Positions 35,761-44,890 of a DNA stretch of 64,000 bases are shown piece after piece. Numbering within the stretch: the first letter of the stretch is position 1; each line of letters begins with the position of its first letter. Location of the stretch: the NCBI GenBank assembly GCA_014727835.1, contig WJMT01000024.1, positions 1,309-65,308 on the forward strand. The letters are read 5' to 3'. This DNA comes from Candidatus Aminicenantes bacterium. GTDB lineage: Bacteria > Acidobacteriota > Aminicenantia > Aminicenantales > Aminicenantaceae. The position numbers and the translations under genes were made by a program. The notes under the pieces are model-generated. The model worked only from the letters and a program-made list of their open reading frames with translations. It ran no database searches and was not told the origin of the DNA.

Positions 35761-35785
35761 TACGTATTTTATATTTTAAAGTTTT
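35761..35785 (-). promoter_or_regulatory. Candidate ECF-type autoregulatory promoter (AAC-N16-CGTA)
   Basis: Minus-strand reading: CAAAAC (the AAAAC occupies 35785-35781), 16 nt, CGTAT (the CGTA occupies 35764-35761). This resembles the TGAAAC-N16-CGTA class of ECF promoters. It lies in the 60-nt gap upstream of the sigma gene. Confidence 0.35.
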
Positions 35786-35793
35786 GTGACCTT

Positions 35794-36420
35794 CTATTTT
35801 ATGATATCCACATCCGAGGGGGTATCTAAAATAAATGTGTCTTCCGCTAAATGGATGTTTGTTTGAATGCGGCTGAATTCAAACTCCTGCTTGTTGCCGG
35901 CCCAGTCAAAAAAAGTGGCTTTGTTGATGAACAGTGTCTTTTTATCTATATCAAGAAGAATGAAATTTTGGATCTCGTCATTTTTAGGGATCAGTTTCAA
36001 GTGATGTGATTGTTTGTCAACCGTGTTTTCTTCATCTATCTCCACATCGTAATCTCCGAAAAGATCTGTTTGTCCGGAAAACAGAGACATGATGTTGTGT
36101 TCTTGTTCCTCATCTGTCACGTCTTGGATCAGAAGCTGGCTGTCCTCAATAAAATAATATTGGATTTCATTTTCCATCAACAAAATCACTTTTTTTTCAG
36201 GTTTGGTATAGGACCACTTCATCAATCCGGGTTTTTTGTAAAAGACATTTCCGTATTCTGTCAGAGGTGTGGAGACAGAGGTTGAATGATAGACCTGTTT
36301 GAACTCTGCTTTAAAGGAAGTGAGGGAACGGAGTTTTTGTTCGGTTTCTCTGGCAATCTCTTCAGCATTTGGGAAAAATCCGGGTAAGAACAGGATCAGA
36401 ACCAAAATGATTGATTTCAT
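35794..36420 (-). CDS. lolA: Outer-membrane lipoprotein carrier protein LolA
   Basis: Signal peptide, then LRSLTSFKAEFKQVYHS...YGNVFYKKPGLMKWSY...K.VILLMENEIQYY, typical of LolA at about 200 aa. Confidence 0.75.
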   Translation of the reverse strand: MKSIILVLILFLPGFFPNAEEIARETEQKLRSLTSFKAEFKQVYHSTSVSTPLTEYGNVFYKKPGLMKWSYTKPEKKVILLMENEIQYYFIEDSQLLIQDVTDEEQEHNIMSLFSGQTDLFGDYDVEIDEENTVDKQSHHLKLIPKNDEIQNFILLDIDKKTLFINKATFFDWAGNKQEFEFSRIQTNIHLAEDTFILDTPSDVDIIK

Positions 36421-36510
36421 GAGACCTCATTATATCAAACAATTCTGTGGAGGTCTTGTTTTTTCACCTCTCCCTTTTCAATCAGGATTCATTTTGTTAT
36501 AAAACTTGGT

Positions 36511-37914
36511 ATGCACACCACTTATCTTGCTGTTCTTTTGGCATACATGGCTTTGCTTCTGATGGCGAGCTTTGTGTTTTCCCGGCAAATGAAGAACATA
36601 GAGGATTTTTTCTTAGCTTCCCGCCGTCTCCCCGGATTTTTAGTTTATTTGTCTATCACTGCATCTTGGATCGGTGCCACTTCCACTCTTGTGTCTGTGG
36701 ATGAAGCGTACATTCATGGATTGAGCTCTATTTGGATCATGGGATTCCCTGCAGTGGCCACAGTGCTCATTTTTGCTATTGTTTTGGCCTCCCGTATTAG
36801 AAAGCTTCCTATCGTCAGTCTGCCGGATCTTGTTGAGATGAGGTATGGCAGATGGGTCAGACACGTGGCCTCTGGTCTCATTGTGTGGTATATGGTGGTG
36901 CTGGCCTCCAGCCAGATGGTAGCTGCCGGACAATTTTTAAGCCGGTTTGTGGGCGCTTCTTATATCATTGGTCTGTTGTTGGGAGTGGGGGTAGTCCTGA
37001 TTTATTCTGTATTGGGTGGATTTTTGTCTGTTGTGGTTACAGATGGATTTCAGTTGTTTTGTATTGCGGCTGGCATAGGCGGACTTCTTGTTTTTTTGAT
37101 GAGCAACCATTCCTTTTCAGATGTTTTAACAATGGCGCCGCATTTTGGAAAGGTCCGTTATTTTGATCTATTCCATAATTGGGAGAGAAATGCTCTGATT
37201 TTTGTTTCTTTCACCACAGCTTGGGTTATCTCTCCGATCGCCTGGCAAAGGATCCAGTCTGCTCGGAACACAAAAAGTGCCAAAAGAGGTCTTTTAGCTT
37301 CATCCCTTACATTTTTGTTGTTTTATGGGGCGGTCATCCTCATTGGCATGTTTTCTCTCGCTCTGTTTTCTTCTGCCGACCAGAAAGGTCCTCTCCTTTC
37401 CGCCATCATAGCCAAAAATTCCATGCCTTTTCTGGGAGGGATCTTATTTGTGGCTGTGACCGCTGCTTTGATGTCCACTATGGATACAGCGGTGAATACG
37501 GGAGCCCTGTCTTTGACCCGGGATGTTTTCCAGCAGATCGATTTCTTCAATAAATCAGGTCGTGTTGTTTTGATCAGTCGATGGGCAACTGTGTTGGTGG
37601 GAGGGGCTGCATTTCTCATTGCAACCCGGCTCCAGAGCATTTTAAAGACTCTGGGGCTTGCTTCTGAGATCATGTGTGTGGGATTTTTCATTCCCGGGGT
37701 GGCCATGCTTTATTTCAAGAGAAAGATGCCCTGGGCCGGAGGACTGAGTCTGTCTTCAGGGGCGCTGTTTTCTCTGATCGGGTTTTTGTCTGCCACTGGT
37801 TTCATTGGTTTCAAATGGCCGGAATGGCCCTATTCTATTCCCTTGGGATTGGGAGTGAGCGGACTCAGCTTTCTGGTGGGATGGATGCTGGACCGGAAAG
37901 GGTCTATATTTTGA
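36511..37914 (+). CDS. Sodium:solute symporter family (SSF) transporter
   Basis: About 13 TM helices. The N-terminal FFLASRRLPGF...SITASWIGATS block is characteristic of SSF (PutP/PanF/SglT-like) transporters. Confidence 0.8.
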   Translation: MHTTYLAVLLAYMALLLMASFVFSRQMKNIEDFFLASRRLPGFLVYLSITASWIGATSTLVSVDEAYIHGLSSIWIMGFPAVATVLIFAIVLASRIRKLPIVSLPDLVEMRYGRWVRHVASGLIVWYMVVLASSQMVAAGQFLSRFVGASYIIGLLLGVGVVLIYSVLGGFLSVVVTDGFQLFCIAAGIGGLLVFLMSNHSFSDVLTMAPHFGKVRYFDLFHNWERNALIFVSFTTAWVISPIAWQRIQSARNTKSAKRGLLASSLTFLLFYGAVILIGMFSLALFSSADQKGPLLSAIIAKNSMPFLGGILFVAVTAALMSTMDTAVNTGALSLTRDVFQQIDFFNKSGRVVLISRWATVLVGGAAFLIATRLQSILKTLGLASEIMCVGFFIPGVAMLYFKRKMPWAGGLSLSSGALFSLIGFLSATGFIGFKWPEWPYSIPLGLGVSGLSFLVGWMLDRKGSIF

Positions 37915-38013
37915 CTTTACTCCTTAAGGCCCACTGATTATGATGTAGGTAACCTTTATCATTCAGAAAACGACCATTGAGATCCGTAACGATATTAAGA
38001 GAAGGCCAGGCAA

Positions 38014-38664
38014 ATGTCTGTATTTGAGAAAATCAATTGGTTTTCTATTGGATTATTAGGAAAATTTCTAGTCTGGTTCTGGGGAGTCTCAACAAGAAAG
38101 ACCGTTTTTGGTGAGAAAGAGTATGTCAAGTTGAGGAAAGCGGGCAGGCCTGTGATCATTGTCTTATGGCATTCCCGCATCCTTTTTGCTCCTTATTTTT
38201 TCAGAAACAGGAATGTCACTGCTCTGGTCAGTCCCAGTACAGACGGAGAAATCATCGCACAAATCCTCTCGAGATGGGGATATCAATTGCTCAGAGGGTC
38301 CAGCTCTCATTCTGTGGTGGAGGAATGGAGAAAGATGAAGAGATTGATGGAAGTGGGGGGAGAATTGATCATTGTGGGGGATGGTCCTAAAGGACCAGCA
38401 AAAATATTGAAGCCGGGTGCTGTGAAGCTGGCTCAAGCCACGGGAGCCTGGGTGGTCCCGTTTACTTATTCAGCAAAAAAGAGAAAGCATCTCAAGAGCT
38501 GGGACCGCTTTCTGTTGTTTTATCCTTTCAGCAAACTGATTGCAGTGTACGGAAAACCCTTAAAAGTCAAATCTGATCTCAATGCTGATGAAGTGGAAGA
38601 AAAACGTTTTCAGATCCAGCAAAAATTGATTGAGTTGGAAAAGACAGCTGATGAATCTTTCTAG
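38014..38664 (+). CDS. DUF374 domain protein (lysophospholipid acyltransferase-like)
   Basis: VIIVLWHSRILFAPYFF...ALVSPSTDGEIIAQILSRWGYQLLRGSSS...GDGPKGPA matches the DUF374 layout. Confidence 0.75.
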   Translation: MSVFEKINWFSIGLLGKFLVWFWGVSTRKTVFGEKEYVKLRKAGRPVIIVLWHSRILFAPYFFRNRNVTALVSPSTDGEIIAQILSRWGYQLLRGSSSHSVVEEWRKMKRLMEVGGELIIVGDGPKGPAKILKPGAVKLAQATGAWVVPFTYSAKKRKHLKSWDRFLLFYPFSKLIAVYGKPLKVKSDLNADEVEEKRFQIQQKLIELEKTADESF

Positions 38665-39410
38665 TCTTTATTGAATTTTTTATCCTGAAGAAGTTCGCGG
38701 GCGGTTCTTTTGGAACTCATCACATCGCTTTCCCAGCTTGAATCATCTTCCAAGGACAATATAAATTCAAATTCTTTTCTGGCTTGTTCGATTTTATCCA
38801 AAGCCATCAGAGTTTCCCCGAGAAAAAGCCGTGTGGATACGTCATTAGGATCGATTTCCAAAGACTTATTCAGCAGTTCCAGAGATTTTTCATTATCGCC
38901 GCCGGCAAAACCTGGGAGTTCGTAAAAAACCCGTCCCAGGACTCGGTAAGCGCCTCCACCCGCATATTCGGGGTCCAGTTCAAGGACTTTGTTCATATCA
39001 CTTTTGATGGGCTTGACCAAGAACAGACTTTTGAGCACTCCTCGGCTTTCGCCGTATTTTCCGTTGTTGACTCCTCTCCAGTAGTATCCATCCGGTTCTT
39101 CCGGGCTCAGAGCTATGGCTTTATCAGCATAGTAAATGGCCTGAGAAAAGATATTCTTTTTCTCTTTCTTTTTTTCTGTGTGCTCTCCGATATAATAATG
39201 GATTCTCGATATCTTCCAGAACGGCTCATATTTGTTTTCGGCCAGATTTAGGGCCTTTCGGTACAAATCCAGTACTTTTTCGGCAGTCTGCATATCTGAC
39301 ATGTTCTCAAACAGAGCATCAGCCTCCTTTAAGTACTGTTCCGCATCTTGGCTCCATAGAGCGAGAGGAAGCACGAATATCAAAAGAACCAACAATGATT
39401 GAACCTTCAT
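38661..39410 (-). CDS. Secreted TPR protein, TatT-like
   Basis: Signal peptide and TPR-like helices. The block AGGGAYRVLGRVFYELPGFAGGDNEKSLELLNKSLEIDPND resembles the TatT (TRAP-associated TPR) family. No TRAP transporter is adjacent. Confidence 0.55.
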   Translation of the reverse strand: MKVQSLLVLLIFVLPLALWSQDAEQYLKEADALFENMSDMQTAEKVLDLYRKALNLAENKYEPFWKISRIHYYIGEHTEKKKEKKNIFSQAIYYADKAIALSPEEPDGYYWRGVNNGKYGESRGVLKSLFLVKPIKSDMNKVLELDPEYAGGGAYRVLGRVFYELPGFAGGDNEKSLELLNKSLEIDPNDVSTRLFLGETLMALDKIEQARKEFEFILSLEDDSSWESDVMSSKRTARELLQDKKFNKD

Positions 39411-39484
39411 TTTCTTCCTGTCTCCTTTTTCCTTATTTGGTTCTGATTATATATCACTTAAATATAAAAATGAACAGGATATTT

Positions 39485-39493
39485 TGTTATAAT
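39485..39493 (+). promoter_or_regulatory. Extended -10 element (TGtTATAAT), 7 nt before the ATG of the 132-aa ORF
   Basis: TG at 39485-39486 and TATAAT at 39488-39493. The ATG is at 39501 with no Shine-Dalgarno in between, which implies a leaderless or near-leaderless transcript. Confidence 0.35.
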
Positions 39494-39500
39494 AATAAAA

Positions 39501-39899
39501 ATGGATGTTTATATAAGCAGCGAAGCTGGGGAATCCTTAAAAGCTTTGGCTTTGAGCGGAACTCTGTCTGAGGGGATGCTCGTCGGACACAAGCGGGGCC
39601 ATGACTTCATCATTGAACAGGTGTTTTCTTATCCTAATGCTCTTTCCATGACCGATAAGAAGTTCGCTCAAATCAATCAGCATTTTGACCAGAGGGTGAT
39701 TGGATTTTACACCTATTCCACAGAACAAAAAGAGGAAAGTAAGATTTCAGTTCCGTTTGCTGTGGGAAAGATCTTTTTGAGAGTCAAGACAAACAAAGCT
39801 AAGGGCCTTTTTCTGGATCCTTATTTTATAGACTATGACCAGACATTTTGTTTGAAAAAAATAGGAATTCATGCTCTGAACAGGGATGCAAAAAAATGA
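39501..39899 (+). CDS. Hypothetical protein (132 aa), translationally coupled to the AMMECR1 gene
   Basis: This is the only long ORF in this interval. Its stop overlaps the downstream ATG (ATGA at 39896-39899). I can name no confident family; it shows only a faint MPN-like pattern without a JAMM motif. Confidence 0.5.
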   Translation: MDVYISSEAGESLKALALSGTLSEGMLVGHKRGHDFIIEQVFSYPNALSMTDKKFAQINQHFDQRVIGFYTYSTEQKEESKISVPFAVGKIFLRVKTNKAKGLFLDPYFIDYDQTFCLKKIGIHALNRDAKK

Positions 39900-40468
39900 A
39901 TGAGGAACTCAGTAAAGATCAACAAAAATTTTTGCTCAAACTCGCCCGAGAAACCATTAAGCATTATTTGGAAACAGGAGAACACATCCCTTTCAAAACA
40001 GATGAAAATGTTTTGAAAGAGAAAAGGGGGGCGTTTGTGACCATAAAAAAGGACGGGCAGCTGAGGGGATGCATTGGTTACCCCATTCCTTATTTGCCCT
40101 TATACAAGACCATCATTGAAGCTTCAGTCATGGCTGCCTTCAAAGACCCGAGATTCCCCCCCATCCAAAAAAAAGAGCTCCCTGCTGTTGATATTGAGAT
40201 TTCAGTGCTGTCCTTACCCCAAAAGGTAGAGGATGCATCCGAGGTCAAAGTGGGAAAACACGGCATCATTGTATCCAGAGGCGCGAATTCCGGCCTTCTT
40301 CTTCCCCAGGTTCCTTTGGAATGGGAATGGGACTTGGGAACTTATTTGAAGCATGGATGTCTGAAAGCCGGGCTGGAAGAGGACGCTCTGAACAAAGGAG
40401 CTGAAATCAAGACCTTCACAGCTCAGGTTTTTTCAGAACAGCACTTCAACTTGCCAAAGATCAAATGA
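39896..40468 (+). CDS. AMMECR1 domain protein (AmmeMemoRadiSam system protein A family)
   Basis: L..LAR..I..YL..G, RGAFVTIKKDGQLRGCIGY (the conserved LRGCIG motif), DPRFPP, EISVLS, HGIIV..G...GLLLPQV. Confidence 0.8.
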   Translation: MNEELSKDQQKFLLKLARETIKHYLETGEHIPFKTDENVLKEKRGAFVTIKKDGQLRGCIGYPIPYLPLYKTIIEASVMAAFKDPRFPPIQKKELPAVDIEISVLSLPQKVEDASEVKVGKHGIIVSRGANSGLLLPQVPLEWEWDLGTYLKHGCLKAGLEEDALNKGAEIKTFTAQVFSEQHFNLPKIK

Positions 40469-41927
40469 CGGGAAAAACAAAAGAAAGCAGGCACAGGCAG
40501 CCCCATATAAGAACAATGCCGATGATATTGAGCCAGAAGCCCACCTTCATCATTTGAGGAAGCTTGATCATTCCAGACCCGTAAATGATTGCATTGGGAG
40601 GGGTTGCCACAGGAAGCATGAAGGCAAAACTGCATCCGATGGCACTTCCCAGCACTGGGACGAGAGGATTGATGGAAGCGGCATGAGAGATGGCGATGAT
40701 AATGGGGATGATCATGTTGGCTGAAGCGGTGTTAGAGGTCACCTCAGTGAGAAAAACACTGAAGGCAATGGAGACAAACGTGATGACCACAGCTCCGGCA
40801 TATTGTCCCCCTAATGAAATGAAAAATTTGCCGATGATGTCTGCCAGACCTGATTCAAACATTTGAAATCCGAGTGAAAGCCCCCCTCCAAAAAGGATCA
40901 ATGTGCCCCAGTCTATGTTCATGGCCTGTTTCAAAGTGAGGGTGAATCGGCCTCGGGACCAATCCGTGGGAAGGAGAAACAGGAGTCCGGCTCCGATAAG
41001 TGCGGCCGTGGATTCAGGAATGTGCTGGTGAAGCCATAAGGACCAAGAATGAGATCTCCCCAAAATCAGAGAGATGATTCCAGGAAAAGTCCACAAAAAA
41101 ACAGTGATAGAAAAAGCAGATAATACATTTTTTTGGGCGCGGTTCAGTGGTGTTCGAACTTCATCTGATTGAAAAGAAGATGACTCCGGGATCTCATTTA
41201 ACACTCCGGTCTTTTTGAGCCGATGTTTCATGAAAACGATGAGGACAGTGAACATTGGAATCATGACCACCATTCCTATGAGCATCCATTGGAAAAAATC
41301 GATTTTGATATCAGCGAGCTTTTCCAGCATGCCGATGGCAATGAGATTGGGAGGGCTCCCGATAGGAGTCCCGATTCCTCCGATGGATGCAGAATAGGCT
41401 AAAGTCAGAAGTAAGATGACTTTGAAAGACAGGCCCTTTTCATTTTTGTCCTGATGAAAAGAGCCCAGGATCCCCAGTGCAATGGGATACATCATGGCTG
41501 TGGTGGCGGTGTTGCTGATCCACATGGAAAGAAACAAGGATATCAGTCCAAAAGCCAACAGAATCCGTGTTTTGCTGTGTCTGACAGATTTGAGGGAAAG
41601 AACAGAAAAAGCCAGTTTTTGATCCAGTGTGTGCACGCACATGGCCTTGGCAAGAATAAAGCTTCCCAAAAATAGCATGATGATGGGGTTGGCAAAAGGG
41701 GAGAGCGCCTCAGTGACGGTGGTGATTTTAAAAACAGTAAGAAACACCGGGATTAGGAGTGCGGTGATGGGAATGGGGATGCACTCTGTGACCCACCAGG
41801 TTATGACCAGAAGAAAGACAGCCAGCAGCTTGTGAGCTCTGGGGTTTTGGGAAAGAAGGGGACTGAACGAGGCCAGAAGGAAAAGAAATGGACCCAGAAA
41901 GAGGCCGAGTTTTTTCCTTTTCTCCAT
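40461..41927 (-). CDS. DASS/SLC13 family sodium-coupled anion symporter
   Basis: About 12-14 TM helices. The N-terminal WWVTECIPIPITALLIP motif and two SNTA-type hairpin motifs (WISNTATTAMM and EVTSNTASANM) are diagnostic of DASS carriers. Confidence 0.8.
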   Translation of the reverse strand: MEKRKKLGLFLGPFLFLLASFSPLLSQNPRAHKLLAVFLLVITWWVTECIPIPITALLIPVFLTVFKITTVTEALSPFANPIIMLFLGSFILAKAMCVHTLDQKLAFSVLSLKSVRHSKTRILLAFGLISLFLSMWISNTATTAMMYPIALGILGSFHQDKNEKGLSFKVILLLTLAYSASIGGIGTPIGSPPNLIAIGMLEKLADIKIDFFQWMLIGMVVMIPMFTVLIVFMKHRLKKTGVLNEIPESSSFQSDEVRTPLNRAQKNVLSAFSITVFLWTFPGIISLILGRSHSWSLWLHQHIPESTAALIGAGLLFLLPTDWSRGRFTLTLKQAMNIDWGTLILFGGGLSLGFQMFESGLADIIGKFFISLGGQYAGAVVITFVSIAFSVFLTEVTSNTASANMIIPIIIAISHAASINPLVPVLGSAIGCSFAFMLPVATPPNAIIYGSGMIKLPQMMKVGFWLNIIGIVLIWGCLCLLSFVFPVI

Positions 41928-41962
41928 TATCCTGGTTTATTTATAAAAATCCCACTTGATTA

Positions 41963-42784
41963 TTACTCTTTTTTGGCCCAGACCATGATTCCATAGCCGC
42001 GCTGGAAAAAGAAAATCTTGTCGATTTTGGAGATCAACCAGATCACAGGGTAAACCATGGAGTAAAGATGAAAAGCTTTTTGAGTGGATCGAAATTCACC
42101 GGAAGTGGAGGGCCTGATGTTTCCATCCCTGAGCTTAAGAGGCGGTTTGGAAGCAAAAATCTTGATGTACAAGGAGTTGAGGACCAGCTCAATGAGCTCA
42201 GTGAAAAAACCGGAAAAAGATCTGTGTTTGATGTATCGAAAATCAGCCTTATTAAGAAGTTTTTTGAGTTGTTTTAATGAGTATCCCGGTCTTTTATGTC
42301 CATAGAATTCGAGTTTCATTCCCAGCAAATCGCGGAGATAATTGAGAACAAAGATGTTCCCTATCCGGGGGGTGGCAGCGATGAACTCTCCTCCTTTTTT
42401 CAGGATTCTGTGGATCTCATCCACACATCTCTGATCGTCATCAAGATGTTCCAGATAGTCCAGACACACCACCTTATCAAATGATCGGCCATGGAACGGA
42501 AGCGGTCCCGGCTGAACCTGAATCAAGTTATTCAGTAAGAGTCTTTTGCTGGATTGCACATTTGTGAAATCTTGGTCAGCGCTCACCCAGAAGCCCCCTT
42601 TTTTTCTGAGAAAATGACTCAGGATACCTTGAGCACACCCGAGATCGAGCAGAGTATCATGGGACTTGACCTCAAGGTGTTTGTTGATAAGGGAAATTTT
42701 TTCCTTTTTTTTCAGGGATTTTTTTACCAGCTTGAGCTGCCACTCATCTTGTCGCATTATGGGGATTATATCGATATCGATCAA
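41963..42784 (-). CDS. Class I SAM-dependent methyltransferase
   Basis: Motif I LLDLGCAQG, with the following acidic and post-I motifs (VSADQD, VVCLDYLEHL). Confidence 0.75.
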   Translation of the reverse strand: MIDIDIIPIMRQDEWQLKLVKKSLKKKEKISLINKHLEVKSHDTLLDLGCAQGILSHFLRKKGGFWVSADQDFTNVQSSKRLLLNNLIQVQPGPLPFHGRSFDKVVCLDYLEHLDDDQRCVDEIHRILKKGGEFIAATPRIGNIFVLNYLRDLLGMKLEFYGHKRPGYSLKQLKKLLNKADFRYIKHRSFSGFFTELIELVLNSLYIKIFASKPPLKLRDGNIRPSTSGEFRSTQKAFHLYSMVYPVIWLISKIDKIFFFQRGYGIMVWAKKE

Positions 42785-42843
42785 GAATGGTCAAGCGGCA
42801 TTATCTTGACGCATTCGGGTTTCTCTAATATGATAAGAATATC

Positions 42844-43464
42844 ATGAAAGTCGAATGGATTGTGGTCGGTGCTCTGGAGACAAACTGTTATCTGGTCTAT
42901 TCTGAAGACACCTCTGAGTGTGTGATCGTGGACCCGGGAGCAGAACCGGATAAAATTGTCCAGGGGATTAAGTCCCGTCATCTCAAACCCACAGCTATCA
43001 TCAACACGCATGGTCATGTGGATCATGTGGGTGCCAACAAGCCGATCAAGGAAGAATTTGATGTTCCTCTCTGTATTCATAAGTCGGATCTGAAGTTGTT
43101 ACAAAACGCACTCCAGTCGGCTTTTGGACTGATGATCGGGGCAAAAAAATCTCCTCTTCCTGACAGATATCTCAAAGAGGGAGATACCATTGAATTGGGA
43201 GCATCCCATCTGGAAGTGCTTCACACTCCCGGGCATTCACCTGGAAGCATCAGTCTGTTGGGAAATGGATTTGTGCTTTCCGGAGATGCTCTGTTCCGGG
43301 GGGGAGTGGGACGCACAGACCTTCCCGGAGGTTCCTGGGACAAGCTGAGGGAATCCATTAACAGCAAGATATTATCTCTCCCCCCAAACACCTTGGTTCT
43401 TCCAGGTCATGGCCCATCCACAAGGGTCTCTGTTGAAAAAGGTTCCAATCCTTACCTGAAATGA
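42844..43464 (+). CDS. MBL-fold metallo-hydrolase (glyoxalase II-like)
   Basis: NTHGHVDHVG (HxHxDH), HTPGHSPG, distal GD and LPGHG. Confidence 0.85.
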   Translation: MKVEWIVVGALETNCYLVYSEDTSECVIVDPGAEPDKIVQGIKSRHLKPTAIINTHGHVDHVGANKPIKEEFDVPLCIHKSDLKLLQNALQSAFGLMIGAKKSPLPDRYLKEGDTIELGASHLEVLHTPGHSPGSISLLGNGFVLSGDALFRGGVGRTDLPGGSWDKLRESINSKILSLPPNTLVLPGHGPSTRVSVEKGSNPYLK

Positions 43465-44363
43465 GTCAAGTCCCCGGATCCCATGAAAAAGCAAAAAAAG
43501 CTTTTGTGGAATATCTTTCTGTTGAGAAAGGTTTATCTCAGAACACGGTTGTTTCTTATTCCCAAGACCTAAAAAAGTTCTTTGATTTTCTGGAAAACAA
43601 GAACACACAATATCTCATAGCACAAGAACAGGATATCATCTTGTTTGTCCACCAACTGAGCCGATCCGGCCTCTCTCCCCGGTCCACTGCCAGAATCATT
43701 TCCTCCGTACGAGCGTTTTACAGATTCCTTGTTCTGGATCGTGCTGTGAAAACAAGTCCAATGGAAAATATCAGTTCTCCCAAAGGATGGATGTCTCTTC
43801 CCAAGGTATTAAAGCTCAGTGAAGTCAATGATTTGCTGAGCCAGCCGGATGAGACAAATGTCCATGGAGCCAGGGATAAAGCGATGATGGAACTGCTGTA
43901 TGCCACAGGCTTAAGGGTCTCAGAGCTGATCTTCTTGAAATTGGATGCTCCAAACTTGAAGGACGGTTTTTTAGTCTGCAGAGGAAAGGGAGGAAAACAA
44001 CGGATTGTGCCTTTCGGCGATCAAGCTGTGACAGCTTTGAAAAAATACATGGATTTTTCAAGACCGCAGCTGTTGAAAGGGCACAGTGAGTTTTTGTTTT
44101 TAACTCAGCAGGGAAAACCATTCACCAGGCAGGGATTTTGGAAAAAACTGAAAAAATATGCCCGGAATGCCGGTCTGGAAGCAAAGGTGAGTCCTCACAC
44201 TCTGAGACATTCCTTTGCCACTCATTTGCTGGAAAGAGGAGCAGATTTAAGGTCTGTTCAATCCATGCTGGGGCACTCTCAGATCACCACCACTCAAATA
44301 TACACTCATGTGAGCCGGAAGAGACTGAGAAGGGTTTATGATAAATATCACCCCAGGTCTTGA
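43461..44363 (+). CDS. xerD: Site-specific tyrosine recombinase XerD
   Basis: The N-terminal EKGLSQNTVVSYSQDL is XerD-type. Catalytic R (ATGLRVSEL), HTLRHSFATHLLERGADLRSVQSMLGH and the nucleophile Y in IYTHV are all present. Confidence 0.8.
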   Translation: MSQVPGSHEKAKKAFVEYLSVEKGLSQNTVVSYSQDLKKFFDFLENKNTQYLIAQEQDIILFVHQLSRSGLSPRSTARIISSVRAFYRFLVLDRAVKTSPMENISSPKGWMSLPKVLKLSEVNDLLSQPDETNVHGARDKAMMELLYATGLRVSELIFLKLDAPNLKDGFLVCRGKGGKQRIVPFGDQAVTALKKYMDFSRPQLLKGHSEFLFLTQQGKPFTRQGFWKKLKKYARNAGLEAKVSPHTLRHSFATHLLERGADLRSVQSMLGHSQITTTQIYTHVSRKRLRRVYDKYHPRS

Positions 44364-44364
44364 A

Positions 44365-44712
44365 CTAGGCTCTGAGTTTTTCTAAAAAATCCACGGCTCG
44401 CCTCACATAGGGGATCACAATAGACCCTCCCACCACCAGAGCGATCTGAAAAGCTTCAAAAAGTTCTTTATCAGATATCCCCAAATCAACAGAAGTGATC
44501 AAATGATATTTGATGCAGTCATCACAGCGGAGAACAAGTGAGGCTGTGAGTCCTATCAACTCTTTGGTTTTTTTGCAAAGGGCGCCCTCTTTATAAGCAT
44601 TTTTGTCCAAGGCAAAAAACCGTTTTGTTTCCAAATCTCCTTTGCTGAGTATTTTCTGATTCATTTTTTCCCGAAAGGCCTGAAATTCCTGGACCGGATC
44701 ATTCATTGTCAT
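44365..44712 (-). CDS. Carboxymuconolactone decarboxylase / AhpD-like family protein
   Basis: About 115 aa with the CxxC-containing LRCDDCIKYH motif typical of the CMD/AhpD fold. Confidence 0.7.
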   Translation of the reverse strand: MTMNDPVQEFQAFREKMNQKILSKGDLETKRFFALDKNAYKEGALCKKTKELIGLTASLVLRCDDCIKYHLITSVDLGISDKELFEAFQIALVVGGSIVIPYVRRAVDFLEKLRA

Positions 44713-44800
44713 TTCCTCCTATCTCAAACAGCACTGAAATGATTATATACATTTTTAATCCATTTGTTGAGCTTGTATGAATTATTCCTATCAAACAGCC

Positions 44801-44829
44801 TTGACGTGCCTTCTGAACCCTGCTACACT
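44801..44829 (+). promoter_or_regulatory. Candidate sigma70 promoter of the TetR-efflux operon
   Basis: TTGACG (44801-44806), 17-nt spacer, TACACT (44824-44829). Confidence 0.45.
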
Positions 44830-44851
44830 ATACCACCCTGTATAAAAAGTG

Positions 44852-44863
44852 AACTTATAAGTT
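44852..44863. promoter_or_regulatory. Perfect 12-bp palindrome AACTTATAAGTT (candidate TetR operator)
   Basis: The palindrome lies between the putative -10 and the tetR-like start codon. A partial half-site AAACTTA recurs at 44872-44878. Confidence 0.4.
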
Positions 44864-44890
44864 TAATTAAAAAACTTAGAGGCCTAAAAA

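Noticed and set aside
43461-44363. Tyrosine recombinase as a marker of an integrated mobile element
   Set aside because: The sequence has XerD-type N-terminal and catalytic motifs. It is flanked by housekeeping genes. There are no flanking direct repeats, no att-like duplication of the tRNA-Leu or tmRNA 3' ends anywhere in the window, and no phage or transposon genes.
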